From: Candidatus Poribacteria bacterium | GTDB lineage: Bacteria > Poribacteria > WGA-4E > WGA-3G | Direction: 5' to 3' | NCBI GenBank assembly: GCA_965214095.1 | Contig: OZ243938.1 | Coordinates: 2,272,001-2,336,000 of the forward strand | DNA length: 64,000 nt | Shown here: positions 19,432 to 30,104 of the stretch, piece by piece | How positions within the stretch are numbered: the first letter of the stretch is position 1 | How the letters are laid out: each line of letters starts with the position of its first letter | Notes under the pieces: generated by a model | The model's database searches: none | Told to the model about the DNA's origin: nothing | Seen by the model: only the letters and a program-made list of their open reading frames with translations | Program-made: the position numbers and the translations under genes

Positions 19432-21381
19432 TTAGATGCTTAATTTCTTTACATCTCTATTGCCGATTGTCAACCCGTATACCTCTCGTGTTACAATAAT
19501 CGCAGTGAACATACTTGCGAGAATACCTATACCGAGTGTTATGGCGAACCCTTTTATCGGACCTGTCCCAAATTGATATAGGACAAGAGCGGTAAAGAAC
19601 GTGGTGAGATTGGCATCCAGAATAGTTACAAAAGCGCGTTGATAACCACTCGTGATGGCATCCCAGACCGATTTTCCTGTTCGTAACTCCTCGCGTATAC
19701 GTTCAAAAATAAGTACATTCGCGTCAACGGACATCCCAATTGTCAAGACTAATCCCGCGATACCAGGGAGTGTCAATGCCGCCCCGAAACCTGCTAATGC
19801 ACCAAGAATGATAATCATATTGAAGACAAGAGCAAGGATAGCAATAAATCCCGATAAGCGATAATAAATAATCATAAATATCAAAACACCGAGAAGTCCA
19901 ATGATTGCAGCTTTTATACCATTATCAATAGAATCTTGACCGAGACTGGGACCGACAGCACGTTCTTCACCAACTTGCACACCAACAGGAAATGCACCTG
20001 CGTTGAGGATATTTGCAAGATAGTTTGCTTCCTCAAAATTGAAGTTACCTTCAATCATTGCACTTCCTCTTATCTGCGAGTTGATTCTGGGGGCAGATTG
20101 CACCTTATCGTCAAGAAGAATTGCCAAATGTTCTCCGATATGAGCACCCGTGATTTTAGCAAATTTGGTTGTACCTTCAGAGTCAAAATCCATCAGGACA
20201 ACGATTTCAAAACTCGTACTACCTGTACTGGCTCTGGAATCCTTGATGTTATGTCCTGAAAGCAGCACTGGACTTTCTAAAACATACCAATCGCCTGTTT
20301 CATGATGATACCGAATTTCTGTGTCCTCTGGAAGATTATCTGGGGGTGGTGTGTTTGCTGAACCCGACCAAAAATTACCACCAGAAGGATTTTTTGCTAC
20401 CATCTTGAACTCTAATCGACCCATTGTTTGCACTATACGAAGCGGTCCCGATGAATCCTTTGCTCCCGGTAACTCTATGATAATTCGTGGACGATTTGCT
20501 TCCTGACGGATAGACGGTTCGGCAACACCAAAAGCATCAACTCTATTTCTTAAGACAATCAATACACGTTCAATTGCTTGATCGCTGTATTTCTGCATTC
20601 CTTGTTCAGTTAAGCGAAGTTGATAGGTAGATTGTGTGTCCTTTGCAACAGCTGCCTCTGCATTTTCAAAATAATCTACCTCATTTAACAAATCTACAGC
20701 TTTTTGCAGGTACTCATCCTTCTGTGCTTGATCTGATCTAAGTCGAGAAGGGATTTCAATAAGTACATTCAATGCATCTTCCCCATCAACCTGATCAACT
20801 TGTCGGCACAAAATTTGTTCAGCTCTAAGCATCTCAGGAATAGTGTATGTATGTGCTTTCAACAATTCACTTTTAGATTTCTCCAGATCAACTTCCAGGA
20901 CAAGGTGAACACCGCCTTTCAAATCTAACCCTAACTTCAGACGATTTCCCGGCAGAACTGGTCTCAAAGACGTTGGAATACTACCGTATAGATGTAAATT
21001 CTCCAAAGTAGCAGCAGGGTTTACTTTCGCTTTGTCGGAGACAAGTTTGACAAAAAATTCTTTGGTTTCAGTAGTATCAAACTGGTAGTCAACCGTTTCT
21101 TCAAAATCGAGTTTTTCTAAATGGACTGTGAAAACATCCTGGAGTTCATCAATTGCCTCTTGGAAGTTTTTTCCCTCCGGATATTCTACGTCCGCTAAGT
21201 TTACTTTAATTGCGTTGTCTTCAGTGATTTCAAAATGCGGGAGTGATTTCTGCATCCACAACGGCAAATTGCCATACAACGGCAAATAAAGACTTTCTGG
21301 TGTAGGAATAAGGTATAGAACTGATAACAGTAATACACCGATAATTAAAACAATTTTCCAGATATTGAATCTGTACATCAA
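19432..21381 (-). CDS. secD: Protein translocase subunit SecD
   Basis: LGLDLKGG, RVDAFGVAEP, VGPSLG, GMSVDANVLIFERIREE. Confidence 0.97.
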   Translation of the reverse strand: MMYRFNIWKIVLIIGVLLLSVLYLIPTPESLYLPLYGNLPLWMQKSLPHFEITEDNAIKVNLADVEYPEGKNFQEAIDELQDVFTVHLEKLDFEETVDYQFDTTETKEFFVKLVSDKAKVNPAATLENLHLYGSIPTSLRPVLPGNRLKLGLDLKGGVHLVLEVDLEKSKSELLKAHTYTIPEMLRAEQILCRQVDQVDGEDALNVLIEIPSRLRSDQAQKDEYLQKAVDLLNEVDYFENAEAAVAKDTQSTYQLRLTEQGMQKYSDQAIERVLIVLRNRVDAFGVAEPSIRQEANRPRIIIELPGAKDSSGPLRIVQTMGRLEFKMVAKNPSGGNFWSGSANTPPPDNLPEDTEIRYHHETGDWYVLESPVLLSGHNIKDSRASTGSTSFEIVVLMDFDSEGTTKFAKITGAHIGEHLAILLDDKVQSAPRINSQIRGSAMIEGNFNFEEANYLANILNAGAFPVGVQVGEERAVGPSLGQDSIDNGIKAAIIGLLGVLIFMIIYYRLSGFIAILALVFNMIIILGALAGFGAALTLPGIAGLVLTIGMSVDANVLIFERIREELRTGKSVWDAITSGYQRAFVTILDANLTTFFTALVLYQFGTGPIKGFAITLGIGILASMFTAIIVTREVYGLTIGNRDVKKLSI

Positions 21382-21627
21382 ATGCTCCTATTCTCTATTA
21401 CTATATTTACGGATGATAGAACTCTGCAGATTATGGATATAATCTTAATACGTGTTTGTTATGTTCAGTAATCCTATGATAATTCCTTAGGATAAAAATA
21501 TTGTTATTGAAGCGTAGTCTACCTTTCATCCGTAATTCTTCAATCGTTGTACATATCTGAAAAGTGAATACTCACAAGATATGTCTTTGAGATGACCACA
21601 CTTTCATTTCTTTGAGGTATATTATTA

Positions 21628-21703
21628 TGGTGCGCCTGGGAGGAATCGAACCCCCGACACGAGGCTTAGGAAGCCCCTGCTCTATCCCCTGAGCTACAGG
21701 CGC
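21628..21703 (-). tRNA. tRNA-Arg (anticodon CCT)
   Basis: GCGCCTGTAGCTCAGGGGATAGAGCAGGGGCTT-CCT-AAGCCTCGTGTCGGGGGTTCGATTCCTCCCAGGCGCACCA; 76 nt cloverleaf with encoded CCA. Confidence 0.96.
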
Positions 21704-21762
21704 GTCAACTTTAGGAACTACCAATACGATAATCTACTACCCTCGTTGAATTACAATCTATC

Positions 21763-22278
21763 CTAATATTCAACAAGAGAAAAGATCGGTGGTCCTGTAA
21801 CTTTTTTTCTACCCTCAAATTCCGTTAATTCTAATAAAAGCGCAACGCCAATTATTTCCGCCTCCAACTGTTTAACGAGTTCAATTGAGGCAGAAAGCGT
21901 TCCACCAGTCGCCAATACATCATCACATATTAGCACACGACTCCCACGCGGAAAAGCATCCTGATGAATAGCAAGCGTGTCTGTACCATATTCCAGATTA
22001 TAGGTCACTTCATAACAATCAAAAGGCAGTTTGCCACTCTTACGGATAGGAACGAAACCTAAATCTAATCGGTGCGCAAGTGCCGCACCTAAGATAAAAC
22101 CACGAGCATCAATGCCTACAATTACATCAATCAACTCAGATTTAAAACGGTTTGCGAACACATCAATTGCTGCATTAAATGCTGATCCGTTTCCTAAGAG
22201 AGGTGAAATATCTTTAAAACTGACACCTTGCGTGGGGAAATTGGGTATTACTCGGATATATTTTGAAAAATCGCTCAT
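21763..22278 (-). CDS. apt: Adenine phosphoribosyltransferase
   Basis: FKDISPLL, ARGF, RKSGKLP, LEYG, DDVLATGGT. Confidence 0.96.
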   Translation of the reverse strand: MSDFSKYIRVIPNFPTQGVSFKDISPLLGNGSAFNAAIDVFANRFKSELIDVIVGIDARGFILGAALAHRLDLGFVPIRKSGKLPFDCYEVTYNLEYGTDTLAIHQDAFPRGSRVLICDDVLATGGTLSASIELVKQLEAEIIGVALLLELTEFEGRKKVTGPPIFSLVEY

Positions 22279-22310
22279 ACCTACTTAATTTGACACCTCC
22301 TTGTAATATT

Positions 22311-23363
22311 TTATATAGGTTCAGCATGCGGATGAATCATTATTTTCATTCCTTGTCGGGATTCCATAGTTTCAAAAGCTTTATCAATTTCTGTAAGTGG
22401 AAAATGGTGAGTAATGAGCGGTTGTACCCGAACTAATCCTTTTTCAAGAAGTTCAACTGCTAACTCATGGTGTCGAGGAACACAGCCGTGAGAACCCGTT
22501 ACGAAACACTCTTTATAATGAATTGTGTTTGAAAGCACGTTCATTGGACGCATGGTCTTTGGTAATCCACCGAATAGGTTAACATAACCGCGGTGTGCTA
22601 CCATTTCAACCCCCTGTTCATGTGCTTCAACTGAACCGCAAGTCGTAACAACGATATCTGCTCCTTCACCATTCGTTTCTTCACGGCAACGTTCAACTAC
22701 ATCCTCTTCTTCTGAGGCAATATAAACATCTGCTTCGTAGAACTTTGCTATTTCCATCCGGAGTTTGCTACGTTGAACACCAATCACTTTCGTTGCACCC
22801 ATCACACGTGCAAGGTCAATCATCATGCAACCGATCGGTCCCAATCCAATAATCACAACACTCTTCCCAAGAGACATGTTCACCAACTCAAGACCATTAA
22901 TTGCACAAGCGAGAGGTTCTGCAAGGGCGGCTTCGTCAAAACTGAGACCAGTACCAAATGCTGTAACAGGACCTTCTTCCAAAACCAAGCGAGGTAGTTT
23001 CATATATTGAGCAAATGCCCCGGGTATTTGGTATCCGATGGCGTAATTAATTGCACAATTATTACCGAGGCCATTTCTGCACCAATGACACTGTCCACAC
23101 GGCACATCCGCACCGATGGACACGCGGTCACCTTCTTTTACACGCGACACGTTTTTACCGACTTTAACAACAACGCCTGAGTTTTCGTGCCCAATAATCG
23201 TCGGTGGTTCAACGCGTGGGTTGCCATGATGGAAAATACGAACATCGGATCCACAGATACTGACCGATTCAATTCGCATTAGCGCGGATTCACTATCTAT
23301 TTCCGGTTCAGGCACATCTGTCACATTGAAGTTTTCAAGGCTTTCAAGTATAGCCGCTTTCAT
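22311..23363 (-). CDS. Zinc-dependent (MDR) alcohol/polyol dehydrogenase
   Basis: CGSD, GHE, CxxCxxC structural zinc site, GLGPIG. Confidence 0.9.
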   Translation of the reverse strand: MKAAILESLENFNVTDVPEPEIDSESALMRIESVSICGSDVRIFHHGNPRVEPPTIIGHENSGVVVKVGKNVSRVKEGDRVSIGADVPCGQCHWCRNGLGNNCAINYAIGYQIPGAFAQYMKLPRLVLEEGPVTAFGTGLSFDEAALAEPLACAINGLELVNMSLGKSVVIIGLGPIGCMMIDLARVMGATKVIGVQRSKLRMEIAKFYEADVYIASEEEDVVERCREETNGEGADIVVTTCGSVEAHEQGVEMVAHRGYVNLFGGLPKTMRPMNVLSNTIHYKECFVTGSHGCVPRHHELAVELLEKGLVRVQPLITHHFPLTEIDKAFETMESRQGMKIMIHPHAEPI

Positions 23364-23387
23364 ATTTCCTCTTGTTTTAGATATTAA

Positions 23388-24449
23388 TTACGGTTGAATA
23401 AGAACTTTAGCATAAAATTCGGTTTTATCTCTCATCATGTTTAAGACTTTAATAGTTTCTGTCAATGGCACTTTGTGAGTAATAAGCGGAAAAAGATCTA
23501 ACTTTCCAGATGCCATCGCTTGCAGTACCGTCCGCCAATCATCGTCGTTACCAGATACACTGTAATCGGAATTCCATGTTCCCAAGATACGAACTTCGCG
23601 TCGCATTAGTTGTGAGATCAGTGATGCAGGAAGGGTTACATCTCCAATTGGATTCCCTAACAACACCACACTCCCACCGCGTCGAACACTCCCTAACGCA
23701 TATAAATAAGTTTGTGGTACACCAGCTGCTTCAATACATACATGTGCACCTTCTCCTGCTGTCTGTGTGTTGACAACATCAATCGGGTCTACCCGCGTGC
23801 TGTTAAATACGTCTTCAAAACCGAGACGTTTTGCTAATTCAAGTTTATCGGGTATAATGTCAAACAGCAGTACTTGTGTAGAACCCATAGTCCTTGCCCA
23901 TTGTGCTACCATCAACCCGATTGGACCGGTGCCAAAAATCGCCACCGTTTTTCCTACAAGTGACTCCTGGACCCGTTGAATTGCATGGAGTGCTACAGCA
24001 GCAGGTTCAGTCTGTGCTGCCTCTGCTAACGTTACACCTTCGGGGATGCGAATGATATTCTCTTTTGGTGCAACAACAAATTCAGCAAATGCACCATCAC
24101 TTCGTGAACCGAGGTAGTCGTAGTCGCTACATTGAACATATTTCCCGTTCTCACAAGCCACACAAGTTCCACACCAGATAAGCGGAAAAACGACAACATT
24201 GTCTCCCTGTTTGAATTCATCAACACCTGCCCCACATAAATCCACCGTTCCAGCAAATTCATGTCCACAGACTGTAGGAAAACTATATGTGCCTTTAGAG
24301 AATATCCTCGGAATATCTGAACCACATACACCACAGAAGCCAATTCGGACTCGGACGTGTCCATCAGAGACGGTTGGAATAGACATCTGTTCTAAACGCA
24401 AATCTCCAACACCGTGGAGGACAAGTGCCTCCATCAGTCCGTTTTCCAT
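23388..24449 (-). CDS. Zinc-dependent dehydrogenase, galactitol-1-phosphate 5-dehydrogenase-like
   Basis: CGSDIPR, GHEF, YDYLGSRSDGAFAEF, GTWNS. Confidence 0.85.
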   Translation of the reverse strand: MENGLMEALVLHGVGDLRLEQMSIPTVSDGHVRVRIGFCGVCGSDIPRIFSKGTYSFPTVCGHEFAGTVDLCGAGVDEFKQGDNVVVFPLIWCGTCVACENGKYVQCSDYDYLGSRSDGAFAEFVVAPKENIIRIPEGVTLAEAAQTEPAAVALHAIQRVQESLVGKTVAIFGTGPIGLMVAQWARTMGSTQVLLFDIIPDKLELAKRLGFEDVFNSTRVDPIDVVNTQTAGEGAHVCIEAAGVPQTYLYALGSVRRGGSVVLLGNPIGDVTLPASLISQLMRREVRILGTWNSDYSVSGNDDDWRTVLQAMASGKLDLFPLITHKVPLTETIKVLNMMRDKTEFYAKVLIQP

Positions 24450-25174
24450 TATACGCCTCTATCTTCAAGTCCAAGTGAAATCGCCTGATGAATCCGTTTT
24501 ACATTTTCTGTGCGTGAACCGGATTTCTGAAAAACGCTACTGCTTCCTCCGACTAAGATATCTGCCCCTGCCGCTACCATTTTCGGTATATTTTCAAAAC
24601 TGACATTTCCGTCCACTTCAATTGGCATGTTCACACCTTGTTTGTCCAAATAGGCTCGACAATCTGAGATTTTTCGTAATGTCGCAGGTACTAACTTCTG
24701 ACCGGCAAATCCCGGATTCACTGTCATAATTAGCACAAAGTCAAGTCTATCAACAACATAAGTCAGCGCGGAAAGCGGGGTCGCTGGATTCAAAGCAACA
24801 CCCGCTTTAATATCATACCCTTGAATTACTGATAAGGTTCTGTCCAGATGGATAGCAGATTCAGCGTGTACAGCGATCTGTTGCACACCGATCTTTGCAA
24901 CTGCTTCTACAAAAAAATCGTTATTATCCACCATCAAATGAATGTCAAACTCACAATCGGTCTTATCGCGTAGTTGTTCTATGAGTGCCAAACCGATTGG
25001 CATGTTAGGGACGAAGTGTGCGTCCATCAAGTCAAAATGAAGTAGGTCTATCCCCGATTTTTCTAATAATTGAATATCTTTTTCTAAATTACAGAGGTTA
25101 GCACACATAACTGATGGTGCTATGCGGATGTTGTTATTTTTAGTGTTTGGGGATTGACTCTCAGGAGTCGGCAA
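24449..25174 (-). CDS. rpe: Ribulose-phosphate 3-epimerase family protein
   Basis: IAPS, HFDLMDAHFVPN, DIHLMV, MTVNPGFAGQ, EVDG. Confidence 0.88.
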   Translation of the reverse strand: MPTPESQSPNTKNNNIRIAPSVMCANLCNLEKDIQLLEKSGIDLLHFDLMDAHFVPNMPIGLALIEQLRDKTDCEFDIHLMVDNNDFFVEAVAKIGVQQIAVHAESAIHLDRTLSVIQGYDIKAGVALNPATPLSALTYVVDRLDFVLIMTVNPGFAGQKLVPATLRKISDCRAYLDKQGVNMPIEVDGNVSFENIPKMVAAGADILVGGSSSVFQKSGSRTENVKRIHQAISLGLEDRGV

Positions 25175-25268
25175 GGTTTTTCTCCAAATAAATTCGTGTA
25201 TTTCAATTTTATTATTATAACATGAAATGAGTGAATTGTCAAATTTTGGGTAAGGTGGTTAGGAACAT

Positions 25269-27221
25269 TCAAAACAAAAACCGATACATAGGCGTATTCG
25301 TTGTAATCCCAATAAGACTCCACACACCGCCAACAATAAACTCTCCCAGAATCAACCCAAGAAAAAATGGAATAAATTTACGATGCAGATTCATCCCACC
25401 TTGCCTCAAAATAATCCACTTGATAACGGAACTGACAAAGATTGAGAACCAGAACACATTCATAGACCAACTGCTCGAAATCGCAAACCCCGCGGGATGA
25501 AAGGGCCACCAAAACAGACGTATTCGCATAAGCATCAAGAATCCTGTTATCAGAAAACCGACACACATGGCAACAATTGCAGGAACGTCTGGCACTTTGG
25601 GAGAAGTCAACCAACCCTGAAGGCGATTGAACGGTCTTCCAGCAAACCAATCCCGTGCACCTTCAATGTATGAGATATGGTAAAATGCCCAAAATGAACC
25701 GAATGTACCGACAACTATTGCCACACACATGGCAATGAGAAGTCCGCGATTGGAAATTCGTGTCCGTTCAGCAAGCTTAAAACCTTCCAGGATATGTGGC
25801 ATTGGATGACCACGATAAGCACGATTGAATGAGAACAGATACGCCAACATCGTCAGGTTTTGCGGTCCAAGTAGACGTGTCCCGAAGATACGAGGCATCA
25901 TCTCATCCGGTCCGATGAAATGCAAATCATGCACAGGTGAACCGAGTTCAGCACGCATGCGGGTTACAGCAGTAGAAATCGCATAGTATATGCCAAAGAA
26001 AACTACAATTGCCCAGATTGACATACCCGCAGCATTGCAAAAGATTGCGATAAACAATAGACTGCCGATAAGACAAAGGATCATACCGCGATAGGACATC
26101 GGTTCATCAGAATCGACACCTACCCGCGGTCTAAAAACCTTGCGTGCCACTTGTGCAAGGTGTTTTCGCGTAGCAACAACAGCAATCACAAACAGACCGA
26201 TATACGCGCCAAACGACTGCTCATCGGTGAACGGAAAATTCGGCATCCCTCTAATACCCAACGCATCACCAAAAATCCGTTCCACCTTCCAAAACAGATA
26301 AAAGAACCAGCAGGAAAACGACAGATCCAACGGAATAAAGAACGCCATCCCAACAGCAAACGGAAATACTGCGACTGGTGTCCATCCCACTGCACTCCAC
26401 GGTTTCTGTGTAAAAAATGGACGTAAATCATACAGACGACCACCCAAACTCGGTACATTCGGAAAAAGAAAGTGCAACCCGTTCAGAATATCAATCGCAC
26501 CCGCAATCCCAAAACCAAGCCACATCATCTTATTTGTCAGCAGTTTTGTTCTGCCGACATTCGTAAGCTCAAGAGGAAGTTGAATAATCGGATAACTCAG
26601 TTTTTCATGTTCTGTCCACTGCTTACGAACAAGCGTATTGATGAAAACCATGACGAACACAAGCGCGCACAAAAAACCACCCCAAGTTAACGTGGTAGTC
26701 AGCCATCCTTCAATGATTTCCCATTGATATAAACTGGTTTCTCCACGATAGTACTCCGTTAGAAATGTCTTATCTTTAACTGCAATCCAATCAGGGATAT
26801 ACCGATGAAATAGATGTGTCCAATCGTTCTCTGGTGTAGCATACCAGAATGCGTACGGAATCATCGGTATTAAGACGCGGAGAACATCGTGTCCTGCCAA
26901 GGAAGAGGCAATCGCGAGCATGACATAGATAGTCAGCAATTCACCTTGTTCAAAGGCAATTCGTGGAAGCACCTGTTTCAATACCAAATTCGCACCTGTA
27001 AGAACAAAGATGCAGAAAATGACATTAAAATAGAGCGAAATCGTGGTTGGATACCCTTGTCCTGCGGAATCTAAAATCCAATAGACATTGGGTATAGTGA
27101 GCGCGGTGCCGATTAAGATCGCACGCCATGTCGCACCAAAGCGACGGGGATTCTTGCCTGTTAAATCGCGATGTCTTCGTCCATCATCGCTTCCTGATTG
27201 ATGTGAGGTAGTAGGTCTCAA
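25269..27221 (-). CDS. Polytopic membrane protein, DUF6785/DUF6784 (OPT-superfamily-like)
   Basis: About 17 hydrophobic segments; RKQWTEHEKLSYPI, RMRAELG, WWPFHPAG, PFFLGLILGE. Confidence 0.75.
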   Translation of the reverse strand: MRPTTSHQSGSDDGRRHRDLTGKNPRRFGATWRAILIGTALTIPNVYWILDSAGQGYPTTISLYFNVIFCIFVLTGANLVLKQVLPRIAFEQGELLTIYVMLAIASSLAGHDVLRVLIPMIPYAFWYATPENDWTHLFHRYIPDWIAVKDKTFLTEYYRGETSLYQWEIIEGWLTTTLTWGGFLCALVFVMVFINTLVRKQWTEHEKLSYPIIQLPLELTNVGRTKLLTNKMMWLGFGIAGAIDILNGLHFLFPNVPSLGGRLYDLRPFFTQKPWSAVGWTPVAVFPFAVGMAFFIPLDLSFSCWFFYLFWKVERIFGDALGIRGMPNFPFTDEQSFGAYIGLFVIAVVATRKHLAQVARKVFRPRVGVDSDEPMSYRGMILCLIGSLLFIAIFCNAAGMSIWAIVVFFGIYYAISTAVTRMRAELGSPVHDLHFIGPDEMMPRIFGTRLLGPQNLTMLAYLFSFNRAYRGHPMPHILEGFKLAERTRISNRGLLIAMCVAIVVGTFGSFWAFYHISYIEGARDWFAGRPFNRLQGWLTSPKVPDVPAIVAMCVGFLITGFLMLMRIRLFWWPFHPAGFAISSSWSMNVFWFSIFVSSVIKWIILRQGGMNLHRKFIPFFLGLILGEFIVGGVWSLIGITTNTPMYRFLF

Positions 27222-27372
27222 AATTGATTACGAACTTTCCGCGTTGTCATCCTGTAATCCAAAGCGTTGGTAATGTCTAAATTTTCTTGAGTTTTTCAGT
27301 AAAACCTTGTATACTTAACAATCAAAACTTCTCAAATTGTCCAAAGTGTTACTTATATTTTTTTGAATAAAG

Positions 27373-28218
27373 GTGAAAAAAATGGAAACAATGAACGATT
27401 TGTCTGAGGCGGTAGTCCTTTCGTCAGAACAAAAGCAGTTTGTTGATAACAACGGATATCTCTTAATAAAAAACGCATTACCCCCAGATGTCGTAGCAGA
27501 AATTGATGCTGCCGTTGATGAAGTTTACGCGAAACAAGAGGAAGCAGGCAATCTGGAAGGTGGAGGTAAGTTGAATCTTCGCAATTGCATTACACATCAT
27601 GAGGCATTTCTCCAACTTCTCGACTGGCAGAAGACTTTTCCTTATGCATGCGGCGTTCTGAATTGGAATATACAGATGATTACGTCACATCTGATTGTGC
27701 TACCTTCAAAAGAGGAACCACCCGATGATGTTAAAACCAAAATTGGACTTCATCGTGATGGTGGAACGTCATATCGTGAAATGCAGGAACCGCATCCGCG
27801 TATTCTGCTTAAAATTGCTTATGCAATTAGCGATCAGAGTGATCCTGCTTCAGGTGCAACGGTGTTAGTGCCAGGAAGCAACAGGTTGACTGGAATGCCA
27901 GCAAGAGACCCAGAAACAGGATGGGCACGTGGCGCAATTTCTATGAACGTCAATGCCGGCGATGCATTCCTCTTTGAACAACGGACATATCATGGTATCG
28001 GACATAACTGGTCTGGACTTCCGCGCAAAACTATCTTTATGGGATACGCATACCGTTGGGTCAAACCGATGGATTATATCATGATGCCTGATAAATTAGT
28101 TGACAGATGCAATCCAATACAAAAGCAACTCCTCGGTGTTGTTGATGATGCATTGAGTTTCTATATCCCACAAGATAAGGATGTCCCGTTGAAATCCATC
28201 ATGAATGGTGGCAAATAA
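27373..28218 (+). CDS. Phytanoyl-CoA dioxygenase (PhyH) family protein
   Basis: NGYLLIKNAL, HRD, GAT..VPGS, AGDAFLF...H. Confidence 0.88.
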   Translation: MKKMETMNDLSEAVVLSSEQKQFVDNNGYLLIKNALPPDVVAEIDAAVDEVYAKQEEAGNLEGGGKLNLRNCITHHEAFLQLLDWQKTFPYACGVLNWNIQMITSHLIVLPSKEEPPDDVKTKIGLHRDGGTSYREMQEPHPRILLKIAYAISDQSDPASGATVLVPGSNRLTGMPARDPETGWARGAISMNVNAGDAFLFEQRTYHGIGHNWSGLPRKTIFMGYAYRWVKPMDYIMMPDKLVDRCNPIQKQLLGVVDDALSFYIPQDKDVPLKSIMNGGK

Positions 28219-28250
28219 GATTTAGCGCATCGGCAACGGAGACACTTCGG

Positions 28251-29165
28251 TTACTTTATCTCTGACTTAAGTGATAGACTGTGTTCCAACAAAGCGCGGG
28301 CATAGGGAATGTTGTGCAGTCCGTAGCCACTGTCTCCTTTTACCATATCATAGTTCAATTTAGCATCAATATACGCCTGAGAGGTTTTATCCTCAGCGTT
28401 GTCAAGTATTGCTTTGACCTCCTTCATTTTTGCTTCAATTTCTGCTTGATATACAGGGAGCTTCTTCGCCATATCGTTGTCAACAGTATCATGACATCCT
28501 GCACTGCTGCAGGTTGAGAAGTCCGCCTTGAAGGTATGACCACCATGTTTTTCCTCTATCTTCTCGTCATCTGTTGCCGTTTCAATCTTTGCCATGTGGC
28601 AGTGGACACAACGTTTTTTCATGGCACGCACATGGGGTGATGGCATACGCCTAACACCAGCACCTTCGCGTCCCAAAAACATCTCTGATTGTGATTGATG
28701 TACTATACCAGCACCAGCACAACCGCAGTCCATTTTGTGACAAGTGACACACAATTTCTTTGCTGGCATCACTAATAAATGTTCTTCTTGGCTGCTGTGT
28801 GAATGGCAGGATGAACAAGCGACAGCATTAACCGCTGTCTTTTCGTTATACGGGTGTCCGGGTATGGCATATTCTGCGAAGGTTTCATAACCCGATGAGT
28901 GGCAGCTCAGACATGACGGCTTTACCTCATACGGTCCTTCAAGAAGATTAACAAGAGCATGTGAATGTCCAGCCTGTGTCCATTCTGCGTAAGCGGATTC
29001 ATCCCCGTGACATTTGTTGCAACCTTCTGCAAATGGTGTTTTGGTCTGTTCTGTTGTGTCCTGTTGTGTTTCCTCAGTCTCAGCTTGTATAGTCGTCATT
29101 AATATTACAACAAATGAACCCATCAATAGAGATAGCACAAAAAATAAGAATGTTTGTTTCATCAA
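28251..29165 (-). CDS. Periplasmic multiheme c-type cytochrome
   Basis: Signal/TM segment; CNKCH, CLSCH, CSSCH, CVTCH, CVHCH plus CSSAGCH; C-terminal DSGYGLHN. Confidence 0.88.
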   Translation of the reverse strand: MMKQTFLFFVLSLLMGSFVVILMTTIQAETEETQQDTTEQTKTPFAEGCNKCHGDESAYAEWTQAGHSHALVNLLEGPYEVKPSCLSCHSSGYETFAEYAIPGHPYNEKTAVNAVACSSCHSHSSQEEHLLVMPAKKLCVTCHKMDCGCAGAGIVHQSQSEMFLGREGAGVRRMPSPHVRAMKKRCVHCHMAKIETATDDEKIEEKHGGHTFKADFSTCSSAGCHDTVDNDMAKKLPVYQAEIEAKMKEVKAILDNAEDKTSQAYIDAKLNYDMVKGDSGYGLHNIPYARALLEHSLSLKSEIK

Positions 29166-29306
29166 CTCTACAATGTCCTTGAATTATTTTCTTAAATAGT
29201 CTATATTGATTTTCATTTAAGATATGTCATTTTTCAAATTTTGTCAATCAAAAGTTTGCGTAATTGATTGCACTAACTAACATGTATACAAAGGTGGTAT
29301 TAATTT

Positions 29307-29966
29307 ATGTCTCAAATTGCTTTATTTAATGGTAAAAACTTGGATGATTGGCACGCCAGAGGCGGTGCATCAGAACATGCATGGTCTGCTATCGGTGATG
29401 TCGCGCTCAATCCAGATGATCGTAAGTTGTTGACAGCAACTCCCGGCGAAGGCATCTTTTACAACGGTCCCACAGGACGAACCGCTGATCTCTACACAGA
29501 ATATGAACATGGAGATTGTGAACTACACGTAGAATTCATGGTGCCACAAGGTTCAAACTCCGGTGTTTATGTGATGGGTCGGTATGAAATTCAAATATTG
29601 GATAGTTGGGGTGCAACAGAACTCAACTACGGCACATGCGGAGGTGTCTATTGTCGTTGGATTGACAACAAACCTGTTGACGGTGTGCCACCCCGTGTCA
29701 ATGCAAGCAAACCACCCGGTGAATGGCAAACTTACGATATTACATTCCGTGCACCGAAATTTGATGCTAACAATAACAAGACGGCAAATGCTACCTTTGT
29801 CAAAGTCGTATGGAATGGACAGGTAGTTCATGAAGACGTGGAAGTAGTTGGAGTAACACGCGGTGCAATGTTAACTGAAGAAGCCGCTACGGGTCCTTTA
29901 CTGCTGCAAGGAGATCACGGTCCAGTAGCATACCGCAATGTCGTCTTGACACCTATTGACAACTAA
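29307..29966 (+). CDS. DUF1080 (3-keto-disaccharide hydrolase-like) protein
   Basis: LFNGKNLDDW, NSGVY, YEIQILDS, GEWQTYDI, LQGDHGPVAYRN. Confidence 0.88.
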   Translation: MSQIALFNGKNLDDWHARGGASEHAWSAIGDVALNPDDRKLLTATPGEGIFYNGPTGRTADLYTEYEHGDCELHVEFMVPQGSNSGVYVMGRYEIQILDSWGATELNYGTCGGVYCRWIDNKPVDGVPPRVNASKPPGEWQTYDITFRAPKFDANNNKTANATFVKVVWNGQVVHEDVEVVGVTRGAMLTEEAATGPLLLQGDHGPVAYRNVVLTPIDN

Positions 29967-29976
29967 TTTGAAGCTT

Positions 29977-30002
29977 AAGGTTCGGTTACCTAACCGAACC
30001 TT
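29977..30002. repeat. REP-family palindrome, probably acting as terminator
   Basis: AAGGTTCGGTTACCTAACCGAACCTT, 11 nt after the DUF1080 stop. Confidence 0.7.
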
Positions 30003-30104
30003 TCCTAAAATCAATAAATAACATCCCAAAATATAAAGAATTTAATAAATCTGATCTTCTTTTCAACAACATATAAAATACACAAACTAAAACGAGACAG
30101 ATCT

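Noticed and set aside
21390-21627. Integrated element at tRNA-Arg, or a yajC gene before secD
   Set aside because: No integrase, no duplicated tRNA 3' end in the window, and no YajC-like ORF seen.
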